Below, piece by piece: positions 1 to 8,849 of a stretch of 63,000 bases of DNA (the stretch's first letter is position 1; the number at the start of each line of letters is the position of its first letter). Both the position numbers and the translations under genes were made by a program. The notes beneath the pieces are model-generated. The model was not told the origin of the DNA. It saw only the letters and a program-made list of their open reading frames with translations, and ran no database searches. The stretch spans positions 1 through 63,000 of the forward strand of contig JBBPYG010000022.1 of assembly GCA_038200085.1 (NCBI GenBank). The letters are read 5' to 3'. Source of the stretch: Candidatus Limnocylindria bacterium (GTDB lineage Bacteria; Chloroflexota; Limnocylindria; P2-11E).

Positions 1-39
1 ACAGACCGGGGGCCGCCGATTGCGGGCTGACATTCCCCG

Positions 40-804
40 GTGCCAGGAGCCTCGTCATCAGGGATCGGTCTTGCGGGCGTCCTCGCGCTGTGCGGGACGC
101 TCGTGTTCTGCGTGATCCTGCTCGTCCCGCTCGTCGCGCAGCGGACGGTGATCCCCGGTGGCGGCCAGCTCATGGCCGGCGCGGTCGCCGACGAATGGCG
201 CGTCGCCTCGGGCGCCTTCCCGCTCGCGCATCGGGCCGCGCGGTCCATCGCCCTCTCCCCGCCGGAAGCGCCCACGCCGCCGGCCCCGGTAGCCGCCGCG
301 GCGCCCGCGCCGCCCCCGGTCGCCGCCGCGGCGCCCGCGCCGCCCCCGGTCGCCGCCGAGGCGCCCGCGCCGGACCAACCCGTCCCGCCCACGCCGGACG
401 AACCCGTCCCGCCCACGCCGGACCCGCCCCGCGCGTCGCCCGCTGCGCGCGCGCTGCCGCCGCCACTGCCACCGACTGCGGTACCCACGCCCGCACCCGC
501 AGCCGCGCTCGCCGCAGCCGTGGGCGGAGGGACGCTCGTCCTCGCTTCCTGGTACGGGCCGGGTTTCTACGGGAACCGGACCGCGTGCGGACAGGTCTAC
601 ACGACGCAGATCCAGGGCGTGGCGAACCGCACGCTTGCCTGCGGCACCATCGTGACCCTGACCTACGGCGGGCGGACGGTGAGCGTGCCCGTGATCGACC
701 GAGGCCCTTACGTCGCGGGGCGGACCCTCGACCTATCGAACGCCACACGCCTGGCACTCGCTTGCCCCGACCTGTGCAGCCTTCTCATGCGAGTCGGCAA
801 CTAG
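40..804 (+). CDS. RlpA-like (double-psi beta-barrel) lytic transglycosylase with N-terminal membrane anchor and Pro/Ala-rich linker
   Basis: 254-aa ORF. Hydrophobic N-terminus GLAGVLALCGTLVFCVILLVPLV, long PAPPPVAAA / PVPPTPD linker, and C-terminal SWYGPGFYGNRTACGQ...VPVIDRGPY typical of RlpA/DPBB_1 domains. Confidence 0.75.
   Translation: MPGASSSGIGLAGVLALCGTLVFCVILLVPLVAQRTVIPGGGQLMAGAVADEWRVASGAFPLAHRAARSIALSPPEAPTPPAPVAAAAPAPPPVAAAAPAPPPVAAEAPAPDQPVPPTPDEPVPPTPDPPRASPAARALPPPLPPTAVPTPAPAAALAAAVGGGTLVLASWYGPGFYGNRTACGQVYTTQIQGVANRTLACGTIVTLTYGGRTVSVPVIDRGPYVAGRTLDLSNATRLALACPDLCSLLMRVGN
291..420 (+). repeat. In-frame tandem repeats inside the RlpA-like gene: a 30-nt unit x2.7 (291-372) and a 24-nt unit x2 (373-420)
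   Basis: Direct reading: gccgccgcggcgcccgcgccgcccccggt repeated at 291-320, 321-350 and partially 351-372. gac[ca/ga]acccgtcccgcccacgccg repeated at 373-396 and 397-420. They encode AAAPAPPPVA and (Q/E)PVPPTPD repeats. Confidence 0.8.
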
Positions 805-1122
805 CGCGCCTGACCCCCAGAGCGGACGCGGCAGAGGCTCGGCACTTCGATGGGCGGAGCGGCCCGCCGCCCCACGAAGCCGGCGGTCGCGAATGGCCCT
901 CCAGCGGGTTCTCACGCGACTGTCGTCGGCACTCACCGCGCCGTGTCCCCGGGGGCGCGCCCGAAGCGCACCGTCTCGGCCCTGTCACATCGCTCGGACC
1001 GCGCCCTTCTCTTGCGCTTCCCTGGCCTACCGAGCAGGCGCTTGGCCGTGCACATGCGCTAGTGCGTCAGCTTACCGCGTCGGCCTATGGCTCGTACGAC
1101 TGTCCACCGTTCGAGCTAACGC

Positions 1123-1138
1123 TGGTATGGAACTTGCA
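1123..1138 (+). promoter_or_regulatory. sigma54-like -24/-12 element (TGGTATGGAACTTGCA)
   Basis: GG (1124-1125) and GC (1136-1137) are separated by exactly 10 nt. It matches TGGCAC-N5-TTGCA at most positions and lies about 77 nt upstream of the KGG stress gene ATG. No rpoN or enhancer-binding protein is visible in the window. Confidence 0.25.
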
Positions 1139-1214
1139 ACCTCGCTCGGCGGAATCACGAGTTGGCTGCATCGAGTCACAGAGCGCTCGTTCGCGCGCGC
1201 AAAAGGAGACAGGG

Positions 1215-1553
1215 ATGCCGCGTAACAAGGGTGCCATGACCGTCGCCGAAGCTGGCCGACGCGGGGGAGCCACCACCGCCCAGCGCCATGGTCCGGAGTT
1301 CTACGAGCAGATCGGGAAGAAGGGCGGCAAGACGACCGCCGAGCGACACGGCTCCGACTTCTACGAGCAGATCGGCAAACAGGGCGGCCAGAAGGTCAAG
1401 GAGCTGTACGGTCCGCGCTTCTACGGCCGCATCGGCAAGATCGGCGGGGACGCCGTTTCCGAGAAGTACGGTCACGAGCACTTCGAGGAGATCGGCAAGA
1501 AGGGCGGCCAGAAGGTCGCCGAACTCATCGCAAGAGGCAGGCAGGCGACCTAA
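1215..1553 (+). CDS. KGG-repeat general stress protein (YciG/GsiB-like)
   Basis: Four to five repeats of HG.EFYE.IG.KGG.K (for example RHGPEFYEQIGKKGGKTT, RHGSDFYEQIGKQGGQKV). ATG at 1215 is preceded by AAAAGGAGA. It is in frame within the long 90..1553 shadow ORF. Confidence 0.85.
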   Translation: MPRNKGAMTVAEAGRRGGATTAQRHGPEFYEQIGKKGGKTTAERHGSDFYEQIGKQGGQKVKELYGPRFYGRIGKIGGDAVSEKYGHEHFEEIGKKGGQKVAELIARGRQAT

Positions 1554-1599
1554 ACTAGCGTTCGCGTAACTATTGTGACGAAATGACGTCTGCGGGCCG

Positions 1600-1627
1600 T
1601 TGACAACGTGTCGGCGGCTCGTATCGT
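1600..1627 (+). promoter_or_regulatory. Predicted sigma70-type promoter TTGACA-16 nt-TATCGT
   Basis: TTGACA at 1600-1605 and TATCGT at 1622-1627, upstream of the 1720 ORF. Same hexamer style as the lexA, dnaB and ilvC-like promoters in this window. Confidence 0.4.
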
Positions 1628-1644
1628 CGTCCCTTGTACTGGAA

Positions 1645-1671
1645 GGTACATATGCGCCCCGCATGTGTACC
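1645..1671 (+). promoter_or_regulatory. 12-nt imperfect inverted repeat (GGTACATATGCG ccc CGCATGTGTACC): operator or 5'-UTR hairpin
   Basis: Arms 1645-1656 and 1660-1671 with one mismatch, located about 20 nt downstream of the predicted -10 and 50 nt upstream of the ATG at 1720. Confidence 0.35.
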
Positions 1672-1719
1672 GCCGAGCGAACGCCGATCGCCGGGCGCGG
1701 GCGATGGCGGGGGAAGGGG

Positions 1720-2028
1720 ATGGCAGTGGACGAGCTTCCGCGCGTCGCTCTCGTTGCGGTCGAATGGGAGGACATCACCGCGTACGCCAGGACCGCGCTC
1801 CCTGACGATTTCGAGCCGTACCGGCTCATGAAGCTGACGTGTGGGCTCCTCTGGAAGGAGACCGACGACTACGTCGTCATCGTCGGGGATTACGACATCA
1901 GCAACGGCGGCAAGGAATACCGTCATAACGACTTCCACATCATCCCGCGCGGCGTGATCCGGGAGCTCTCCATCCTGCGGCCGGCGTACGACCGGACCAT
2001 CCCGCTCGAGGTCGTCTCGGCGCACTAG
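1720..2028 (+). CDS. Hypothetical protein (102 aa)
   Basis: ATG at 1720 preceded by GGGAAGGGG. Globular-looking composition (VEWEDITAYARTALPDDFEPYRLMKLTCGLLWKETDDYVVIVGDYD). No family recognised. Confidence 0.55.
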   Translation: MAVDELPRVALVAVEWEDITAYARTALPDDFEPYRLMKLTCGLLWKETDDYVVIVGDYDISNGGKEYRHNDFHIIPRGVIRELSILRPAYDRTIPLEVVSAH

Positions 2029-2291
2029 GCCGCGGCGCGACGGAAGCAGCCGGCGCCACTGCGGGGGACCCCGGTAGCGCGACGGTGGTGCTGGCGCGGG
2101 TTGGGGCCCGCCGCGCGTTCGACGTCGCGGATGCCCTTGCGAGGCGCGGAACGTTCGGGCGCGGGCGTGTCATCCCCGCCTCCCGCCCGTTCGTAAGAGT
2201 TAGCGAAGAGACGGAACAACCGGGCCGCTCTCTCGGTATCTATGGCATGTACGACACGCACGTCGTTGTCGTCGATGACTGGAGGCGCGTC

Positions 2292-2540
2292 ATGTCCCTT
2301 CGCGCTGAGCTCTACTGCTACTTCTGCGGCCACGGCATCGGCGAGGTGCTCGTGGCCACCACCGCACGCCGCCCGACGCCGGAGCAGTTGCGGGCCGCAT
2401 ACGCCGACCATGCCCAGAGACCGCTCTGGGACGAGAACGTCCAGCCGCTCTGCCCGCGATGCGGCGGCCAGATGTTCCTCGAGCGCTACGAGCACGAGGT
2501 CGTTCGTCGGGGAGACCGCCAGCTCAAGCGCGCGAGCTGA
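2292..2540 (+). CDS. Small zinc-ribbon protein (CxxC...CxxC), hypothetical
   Basis: ATG at 2292 preceded by GGAGG at 6-nt spacing. Contains YCYFCGH and LCPRCGG cysteine pairs. Confidence 0.5.
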   Translation: MSLRAELYCYFCGHGIGEVLVATTARRPTPEQLRAAYADHAQRPLWDENVQPLCPRCGGQMFLERYEHEVVRRGDRQLKRAS

Positions 2541-2572
2541 ATCCTCGCAAGGCCCCGCCGTTCTCCTGCGAC

Positions 2573-3109
2573 GTGAAGGCTCGCTTCGCGTTCGCGCTCG
2601 GAGCGGCGGCGGGGTGGCTCGCCGGCAACGCCGCGGGACGTTGCCCGCCCCCAGCCGGCCGCGCCGATCCCTTCACCGAGCGCCAGCGCGAGATCATGCG
2701 CGGCGTCGCTGCCGGGCTGACCACCAAGGAGCTCGCGCAGCGCGCCGGCGTGACGGAGGCCACGGTCCGCACCCACGTACGGCGGATCCGGGAACAGCTC
2801 GGCGCGCCGAATCGCGCGGCGGCGATCGCCCTCTTTGGCGACGGGACCGCTCAGGCCGCCGGGGAGCCCTCGAGGCCGAGGCGATCGGCCACGGCCGCCA
2901 GGGCGTTCACGACCTCCGTCACCAGGTCCTCGAACGGCATGCCGAGGTCCGCGGCCCCGCTCAGCATCATGTCCCGGCTCACGGCGCGCGCGAACGCCTT
3001 GTCCTTCATCTTCTTCCGCACCGCCGGGGCGTCGACGTCCGCCACGCGTTTCGACGGCCGCACCAGGGCGACGGCGGTCACGAAACCCGAGAGCTCGTCG
3101 ACCGCGTAG
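2573..3109 (+). CDS. LuxR/GerE-type HTH protein with an anomalous long tail
   Basis: TERQREIMRGVAAGLTTKELAQRAGVTEATVRTHVRRIREQLGAPNRAAAIAL is a textbook LuxR-family HTH. The start (GTG 2573) is uncertain. The frame has no stop until 3109, so about 86 codons run antisense to the HD gene. Confidence 0.5.
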   Translation: MKARFAFALGAAAGWLAGNAAGRCPPPAGRADPFTERQREIMRGVAAGLTTKELAQRAGVTEATVRTHVRRIREQLGAPNRAAAIALFGDGTAQAAGEPSRPRRSATAARAFTTSVTRSSNGMPRSAAPLSIMSRLTARANALSFIFFRTAGASTSATRFDGRTRATAVTKPESSSTA

Positions 3110-3414
3110 AGGGTCTTCTCCAGCGGCGTGACGCGCGGGATCCCGAGGTGATCGCCGTGCGACTGGATCGCGTGCACGATGTCGCCGGGCACGCCGGCCT
3201 GCTCGAGGATCGGCTTACCGTTCTGCGGGTGGCCGCCCGGATCGCGCTCGTAGTCGAAGTCATGGAGCAGGCCCGCGACCGCCCAGCTCTCCTCCTCGCC
3301 TCCGTACCGCCGCGAGAAATGGCGCATGCACGCCTCCACGGCGAGGCCGTGCTTGCGCAGGCTGTCGCTCCGCGTGTGCTCGCAGAGCAGCGCCCACGCC
3401 TCGTCGCGGGTCAC
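2851..3414 (-). CDS. HD-domain metal-dependent phosphohydrolase
   Basis: 187 aa with H...HD motif (AGLLHDFDYE), LRKHGLAVEA and IQSHGDHLG. Confidence 0.85.
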   Translation of the reverse strand: MTRDEAWALLCEHTRSDSLRKHGLAVEACMRHFSRRYGGEEESWAVAGLLHDFDYERDPGGHPQNGKPILEQAGVPGDIVHAIQSHGDHLGIPRVTPLEKTLYAVDELSGFVTAVALVRPSKRVADVDAPAVRKKMKDKAFARAVSRDMMLSGAADLGMPFEDLVTEVVNALAAVADRLGLEGSPAA

Positions 3415-3974
3415 GTGGCGACCACGAGCTCTTCGCGCGCGGCGACCCCGGTCTCCGAAAGCGCCGCGATGATCGTGCGGCAGAACGCGGGCAGATCATC
3501 CGGCCGGCGCGAGGTGATCAGGTTCCCGTCGCGCACGACCTCGCGATCCTCGAACAGGGCACCGGCGGCCACGAGGTCATCCCGGATCGAATGGAAACAG
3601 GTCAGGCGACGATCGCGCGCGATGCCCGCCGAGACGAGCATCCAGCCCGCGTGGCAGATCGCCGCGACGACCTTGCCCGCGGCGTCCGCCTCGCGCACCA
3701 GGCGCACCATTTCGGGGTCGCGCCGCATGTGATCGGGGGCGTATCCGCCGGGGATGATCACCGCGTCCACCTCGGCGGCGGCCACGTCCGCGCTCGCGCG
3801 CTCCGCGCGTGCCGGATAGCCGTGTTTGCTCGCGTACGTCTCTCCGCCCGCCGGTCCGACCAGGATCGTCCGCGCCCCGGCCTCACGCAGGCGGTACAGC
3901 GGATACCAGAGCTCGAGATCCTCGTAGAGCTTCTCGACGAGGAGCGCCACGGTGCGGCCACGAAGTTCGTCCAT
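3411..3974 (-). CDS. DJ-1/PfpI family protein (type 1 glutamine amidotransferase-like)
   Basis: VDAVIIPGGYAPDHMR...VAAICHAGWML nucleophile elbow (CH). ATGA overlap with the downstream HD gene. Confidence 0.9.
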   Translation of the reverse strand: MDELRGRTVALLVEKLYEDLELWYPLYRLREAGARTILVGPAGGETYASKHGYPARAERASADVAAAEVDAVIIPGGYAPDHMRRDPEMVRLVREADAAGKVVAAICHAGWMLVSAGIARDRRLTCFHSIRDDLVAAGALFEDREVVRDGNLITSRRPDDLPAFCRTIIAALSETGVAAREELVVAT

Positions 3975-4030
3975 CAGCGGTGCACCTCCACGCCTCTAAT
4001 CGTATCGACCCCGGTGTACCCTCGGAATGA

Positions 4031-4342
4031 GTGATCGAACTGACCGCGGCGGCTGCCGCGAAGCTGCACGAGCTGCGTGACCCGGCGGGCGGGCAGCAGG
4101 TGCTGCGGCTCTGGGTCGCGGGGAAGACTTGCTGCGGTTACTCGTATGGACTCGCCTTCGACGAGTCGGCCGAGCCCGGGGACACGGTCGTGGAGCGTGA
4201 GGGCATCCCCGTCGCGGTGGACCCGCGCAGCCTGCCGCTGGTGAAGGACGCGACCATCGATTTCGTCGACGCGCTGATGGGCGCGGGCTTCACCGTCCGC
4301 GACGCGGCCGCCGGCGGCGGCTGCGCCTGCGGCCGACGGTAG
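4031..4342 (+). CDS. HesB/IscA/ErpA-family iron-sulfur cluster insertion protein
   Basis: 103 aa. LRLWVAGKTCCGYSYGLAFDE and C-terminal GGGCACG cysteine motif. Confidence 0.9.
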   Translation: MIELTAAAAAKLHELRDPAGGQQVLRLWVAGKTCCGYSYGLAFDESAEPGDTVVEREGIPVAVDPRSLPLVKDATIDFVDALMGAGFTVRDAAAGGGCACGRR

Positions 4343-4461
4343 ACAGGCCGCCGCGACGCGGTGACCGGCTGCGGCTGCCTCGGCGTCGTCGCGGCCGTCG
4401 TCGCCCTGATCGTCTTCTTCCTGCGCGGCTCCACCGACACCGGTGCGCCGATCGAGCAGGG

Positions 4462-5145
4462 GTGACGCTCCCCCGTTCCGCGGCGCACCTCCAGCTGGTG
4501 ACCTCGCGCGTCGCGGAGCTGACCCTTGCGATCGGCGCCGCCGCCCGCGGCGGCATCGACAGCGTCCAGGTCCGTGATCGCGCCGCGACGCCGGCCGAGC
4601 TCTGCGCGATCGCGCGTGACGCCGCGGCTGCGTGCGGCGGACGCGCGGGCGTCTTCGTGAACGGCCGCGCCGACGTCGCGCGCGCCGCGGGCGCGAGTGG
4701 GGCGCATCTGCCCTCGTTCGGCACAGCGGTGGCCGCGGCGCGCGACGTGCTGGCTCCTGCCCAGCAGGTCGGGGTGTCCGTGCATTCCGTGGAGGAGGCG
4801 ATCGTCGCCCTTCGGGAGGGCGCGGACTACCTCCTCTTCGGCCATGTCTATCCGAGCGGCTCACACCCGGGGGTGCCGGGGCGCGGCCTCGGTCTCCTCC
4901 GGGACGTGGTCGAGGCCGCCGACGTTCCGGTCCTCGCGATCGGTGGCATCGACGCCGGCCGGGTCGCCGAGACGATGGCAACGGGCTGCGCGGGCGTCGC
5001 CGTGATCAGCGCCATTCTCGGCCGCGACGACCCGGAGCTCGCGGCGCGTTCGCTCCGCGCCGCGCTCGACGCCTGCGGCGAACCTGCGCACGCCTTCCGC
5101 GCGGCCGCGACGTTCGTTCCCCGTTGCGAGACACTGGGACCGTGA
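4462..5145 (+). CDS. thiE: Thiamine-phosphate synthase
   Basis: VQVRDR...VFVNGRADVARAAGASGAHL...YLLFGHVYPS.SH...LAIGGI...GVAVISAI are TMP-synthase motifs. GTGA overlap with the thiS-thiG start. Confidence 0.85.
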   Translation: MTLPRSAAHLQLVTSRVAELTLAIGAAARGGIDSVQVRDRAATPAELCAIARDAAAACGGRAGVFVNGRADVARAAGASGAHLPSFGTAVAAARDVLAPAQQVGVSVHSVEEAIVALREGADYLLFGHVYPSGSHPGVPGRGLGLLRDVVEAADVPVLAIGGIDAGRVAETMATGCAGVAVISAILGRDDPELAARSLRAALDACGEPAHAFRAAATFVPRCETLGP

Positions 5146-6137
5146 CCATCACGCTGAACGGCGATGTCCGGACCATCGCGCTCGAGACGACCGTCCAGAC
5201 GCTCCTCGACCGCGAGGGTCTTCCGCGGTCCGGCGTCGCCGTCGCGGTGAATGGCGATGTGGTGTCGCGCGAGCGCTGGGCCGAGACACCGGTCGGCGAG
5301 GGCGACGAGGTAGAGGTGATCAGGATCATCCAGGGAGGTGCCGACGACGACGGCGACGTTCTCGTCATCGGCGGCGTGCGCTTCACCTCGCGGCTCTTCA
5401 CCGGAACGGGGAAGTTCCAGAGCGGCGCGCTCGCGGGCGCCGCGCTCGCGGCCTCGGGCACGGAGCTCGTCACCGTCGCGATCCGGTACGTCGACCTCGA
5501 CCACCCCCGCGCGAGCGGCGTGCTCGACGGGGTCGACCTCGAGCGATACCGCCTGCTGCCGAACACCGCCGGCGCGACGAACGCCGACCACGCCGTTAAG
5601 ATGGCGCGGCTGGCGCGCGCCGCGACCGGCACGGACTTCATCAAGCTCGAGGTCATCGGCGACAAGCAGTACCTCTGGCCAGACAACGCCGAGACGATCG
5701 TCGCGACCAGGCAGCTGGTGCGCGAGGGCTTCACCGTCCTGCCGTATGTGAGCGCGGACCTCGTCACTGCGCTGCGCCTCGAGGAAGCCGGTGCCGCAAC
5801 CGTCATGCCGCTGGCATCGCCGATCGGCTCGGGGCAGGGCTACAACGACTGGGTCGGCATCGAGCGCATCATCGGCCGCGTCTCGGTGCCCGTCGTCGTC
5901 GACGCCGGCATCGGCGTGCCGAGCGAGGCGGCGATGGCGATGGAGCTCGGCGCGTCGGCCGTCCTCGTGAACACTGCGATCGCGCGCGCGAAGGATCCGG
6001 TCGCCATGGCGCACGCGATGAAGCTCGCGGTCATCGCGGGCCGGACGGCGTTCCTAGCCGGTCGCATGCCGCGGCGGACGGACGCGGAGCCATCGAGCCC
6101 GCAGCACGGAGTGCCGACGGCCCCGACCGCCGCCTGA
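5142..6137 (+). CDS. thiG: ThiS-ThiG fusion (sulfur carrier plus thiazole synthase) in one reading frame
   Basis: N-terminal 66 aa [10 protein letters not shown]...[11 protein letters not shown] is ThiS ending in GG. The linker ADDDGD runs directly into ThiG ([20 protein letters not shown]...IKLEVIGD...[13 protein letters not shown]...VVVDAGIG) with no stop between them. Confidence 0.9.
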   Translation: MTITLNGDVRTIALETTVQTLLDREGLPRSGVAVAVNGDVVSRERWAETPVGEGDEVEVIRIIQGGADDDGDVLVIGGVRFTSRLFTGTGKFQSGALAGAALAASGTELVTVAIRYVDLDHPRASGVLDGVDLERYRLLPNTAGATNADHAVKMARLARAATGTDFIKLEVIGDKQYLWPDNAETIVATRQLVREGFTVLPYVSADLVTALRLEEAGAATVMPLASPIGSGQGYNDWVGIERIIGRVSVPVVVDAGIGVPSEAAMAMELGASAVLVNTAIARAKDPVAMAHAMKLAVIAGRTAFLAGRMPRRTDAEPSSPQHGVPTAPTAA

Positions 6138-6182
6138 GGTCCTCCTCCGGGTGATGGGTCGGGGCGCCTGGCCCGCCTCCCG

Positions 6183-7352
6183 GTGATGGGGCGCGGCGTC
6201 GCCGGCGATCTGCCGGCGAAGGCCGACGTCGCGATCCTCGGCGCGGGTGTCATCGGGTGCGCGATCGCGGACGCTCTCGCGGGACGCGGGCTGTCTGTCG
6301 TCGCGCTCGACCCCACGGGCATCGGCGCGGCGGCCTCGGCGGGCGCGGCGGGTCTGCTCGCGCCGCTGGTGGAGGCGCCCGGGCCTGGGCCGTTCCTGAC
6401 CCTCGCGCTCGCCTCGCTCGAGCGCTTCCCAAAGCTCGAAGCGGAGCTGAACGGAGAGACCGGGATCGACGTTGGTTGGCGCGAGCGCGCGACGCTGCGC
6501 GTGGCCGAGACCGAGGAGGAGAAGTCCGAGCTTCAGGCCCGCGTCGAGTGGCAGCGGGCCGCGGGACTGCACGTCGAGTGGCTGGAGCCGCCGGCGATGC
6601 GCGATGCCGAGCCCCTGCTCGGCGATCGCATGCTCGGCGCGCTGCGATCCGCGCGCGACGGCGTCGTCACGAGCGGACGGCTGACCGCGGCGCTCGCGGC
6701 GCGCGCGAGGATGCGCGGCGCCGTCTTCGTCGTCGCGGGAGGGGAGGTCGCCGCTTCCCGTTCGCGCGACCGCGTCGACCGCATCGTCGTGGCGGGCGCG
6801 TCCCTGCTCGCGGGCGAGGTCGTGATCGCCGCAGGTCCGTGGAGCGCCGCGGTAGCCCGGGCGCTGGCGGTCGGCCCTCTCCCCGTTCGCCCGGTCAAGG
6901 GCCAGCTGGCGATCGCGGAGGTTCGGCGCGCGCCGGAGCACTCGATCTTCGGCGCGGGCGGCTACGTCGCCGGCAAGGCCGATGGCGTTCTCGTCGCCGG
7001 CGCCACTGTTGAGGAGCGCGGCTTCGATCTGACGATCGGCGACCGCGCGCATGATGCGATCGTCGCGCGCGCCGTCCGTCTGGTGCCGTCGCTCCACCCC
7101 GCCGCGTTCACGCTGCGCTGGGCCGGCCTCCGGCCCGCGCTTCCCGATCTCCTGCCCGCGCTCGGTCGGACGGACCGCGCGCGCAACGTGCTCGTTGCGA
7201 CGGGCCACTTTCGCAACGGCATCCTCCTCGCGCCGATCACCGCGGAGGCGATCGCAGCAGCGATCACGGGCGAGCCCTTCTCGCCGGACCTCGGGCCGTT
7301 CTCACCCGACCGTTTCTCGAGCGACGATGCGCCGGTGCTCGAGCGGTTCTAG
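6183..7352 (+). CDS. thiO: FAD-dependent glycine oxidase
   Basis: [18 protein letters not shown] dinucleotide fold, DAO-family length (389 aa), and position directly after thiS-thiG. Confidence 0.8.
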   Translation: MMGRGVAGDLPAKADVAILGAGVIGCAIADALAGRGLSVVALDPTGIGAAASAGAAGLLAPLVEAPGPGPFLTLALASLERFPKLEAELNGETGIDVGWRERATLRVAETEEEKSELQARVEWQRAAGLHVEWLEPPAMRDAEPLLGDRMLGALRSARDGVVTSGRLTAALAARARMRGAVFVVAGGEVAASRSRDRVDRIVVAGASLLAGEVVIAAGPWSAAVARALAVGPLPVRPVKGQLAIAEVRRAPEHSIFGAGGYVAGKADGVLVAGATVEERGFDLTIGDRAHDAIVARAVRLVPSLHPAAFTLRWAGLRPALPDLLPALGRTDRARNVLVATGHFRNGILLAPITAEAIAAAITGEPFSPDLGPFSPDRFSSDDAPVLERF

Positions 7353-7418
7353 GTCAGGGCGCGCGGCGCGGGACGGGGTGCCGCAGCCCTGGCTCGCGCG
7401 GCAGGCTACGGCGCCGGG

Positions 7419-8849
7419 TCAGGATGCGGCGGGTGCCTCCGCGAGCGAAGGAACAAGATCCAGCGCGAGCTCGCGCTCCAGCATGGCGGCGACGCGCACC
7501 ACGAGCGCCTCACCGAAATACGGTCCGACGACCTGGAGCGATACGGGCAGGCCGCGGCGATCGAAGCCCGCGGGCAGCGCGAGCGATGGATGGCCGCTCA
7601 GGTTGAACGGCGCGCAGAAGCGCACGAGGATCTCGCGCTGCGATCGCCACCGCCCGGCGATGCGCGCGCCGTCGGCACCGATCGGGATCGCGGCCGCGGC
7701 GGTCGTCGGGACGATCAGCACGTCCGCCTGGCGCAGCGCCTCGTCGACTTGGGCCGCGAGCGCCGCGCGCGCCCGCTGTGCCTGGAGGTAGTCGACGGCG
7801 CTGATGCGTAGCCCCAGACGCAGGCGGGCGCGTACGTCCCTCGCGATCTCGCGCGCCCGCGGAGAGCGGATCTCGTCCTCGTGCGCCGCGCTCGATTCGG
7901 GCCGCGCGACGAGAAACTGCACCGCGCCCGACGTAGACGCGCCGGGGATGCTCGTCGGCACGCGCGTCATGCCGGCCGCCGCGCAGATCTCCCTCGCGCG
8001 CGACAGTGCGGCCCGGACAGCGGGATCGAGCGCGCTCGCGAAGTAGGCGTCCCCCGATGAGAACCGCAGACCGCGCACGCTCCGCCCGGCCGCGCGTTCG
8101 TAGCGCGAGGTGGGAGCATCGGAACTCGCCGGATCGAGCGCGTCGTACCCTGCGATCGCATCGAGCAGCGCGGCCGCGTCGCGGACCGTGCGCGCGAGAG
8201 GACCGACATGGTCGAGGCTCCATGCAAGTGCGACGACCCCGGCGCGGCTCACGCGGCCGTACGTCGGCTTGAGCCCGACGACGCCGCAGCACGCCGCGGG
8301 GATGCGCACCGAACCCGCGGTGTCCGTGCCGAGCGCGGCGGCAGCCATCCCGGAGCTCACGGCCGCCGCCGATCCGCCGCTCGATCCTCCCGGGATCCGC
8401 GCGGGGTCCCACGGATTGCGTGTCTGTCCGAACGTTGGGTTCACGTTGGTCGTGCCCGCCGCGAATTCGTGCAGGTTCGTGCGTCCCACGAACACCGCTC
8501 CGGTGGCGCGGAGGCGCGCCACGGCCGTCGCGTCAGCGCGCGCGATCGCGCGAAGACGCAGCGCGCTGCCCGCCGTGTTCGCCAGTCCCCGCTCATCGAA
8601 GATGTCCTTGATCGCGATCGGCACACCGAGCAGCGCCGCGGTGCTGCCCCGCGCGAGCCGCCGGTCCGCCGACCTCGCCGCCCTGCGCACCTCGGCGCGG
8701 TCGACACGCACGAACGCGTTCAGCCGCGGGTCGAGCGCCGCGATGCGATCGAGATGCGCGTCCGCGAGCTCGAGCGCGCCGATCTCCCGCCGCCGCAGCA
8801 TTCGGCGCAGCTGCGTGAGCGGCGCGAGCGTGAGTGTCCTGCCCTTCAC
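7419..8849 (-). CDS. Amidase-signature family amidase (GatA-like)
   Basis: GVPIAIKDIF...GGSSGGSAAAVSSGMAAAALGTDTAGSVRIPAACCGVVGLKPTYGRVS. Start set at GTG 8849 (476 aa). The longer ORF back to 9185 is Arg-rich and overlaps the upstream gene. Confidence 0.8.
   Translation of the reverse strand: MKGRTLTLAPLTQLRRMLRRREIGALELADAHLDRIAALDPRLNAFVRVDRAEVRRAARSADRRLARGSTAALLGVPIAIKDIFDERGLANTAGSALRLRAIARADATAVARLRATGAVFVGRTNLHEFAAGTTNVNPTFGQTRNPWDPARIPGGSSGGSAAAVSSGMAAAALGTDTAGSVRIPAACCGVVGLKPTYGRVSRAGVVALAWSLDHVGPLARTVRDAAALLDAIAGYDALDPASSDAPTSRYERAAGRSVRGLRFSSGDAYFASALDPAVRAALSRAREICAAAGMTRVPTSIPGASTSGAVQFLVARPESSAAHEDEIRSPRAREIARDVRARLRLGLRISAVDYLQAQRARAALAAQVDEALRQADVLIVPTTAAAAIPIGADGARIAGRWRSQREILVRFCAPFNLSGHPSLALPAGFDRRGLPVSLQVVGPYFGEALVVRVAAMLERELALDLVPSLAEAPAAS

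Noticed and set aside
2148-2160. GGAACGTTCG palindrome (GAAC directly abutting GTTC)
   Set aside because: It lacks the 4-nt spacer of the LexA box used at the three other sites, so it is probably a chance palindrome.
4343-4461. Expected TPP (THI-box) riboswitch upstream of thiE
   Set aside because: The ordered GGGGUGC / CUGAGA / ACCUGAUCUGGAUAAUGCCAGCG-like elements could not be found by eye. Only an isolated CCCUGAUCG is present. A covariance-model scan is needed to be certain.
3974-4981. 335-aa Arg/Pro-rich ORF on the minus strand
   Set aside because: It lies antisense to the iscA-like gene and thiE and has extreme Arg content (a GC artefact).
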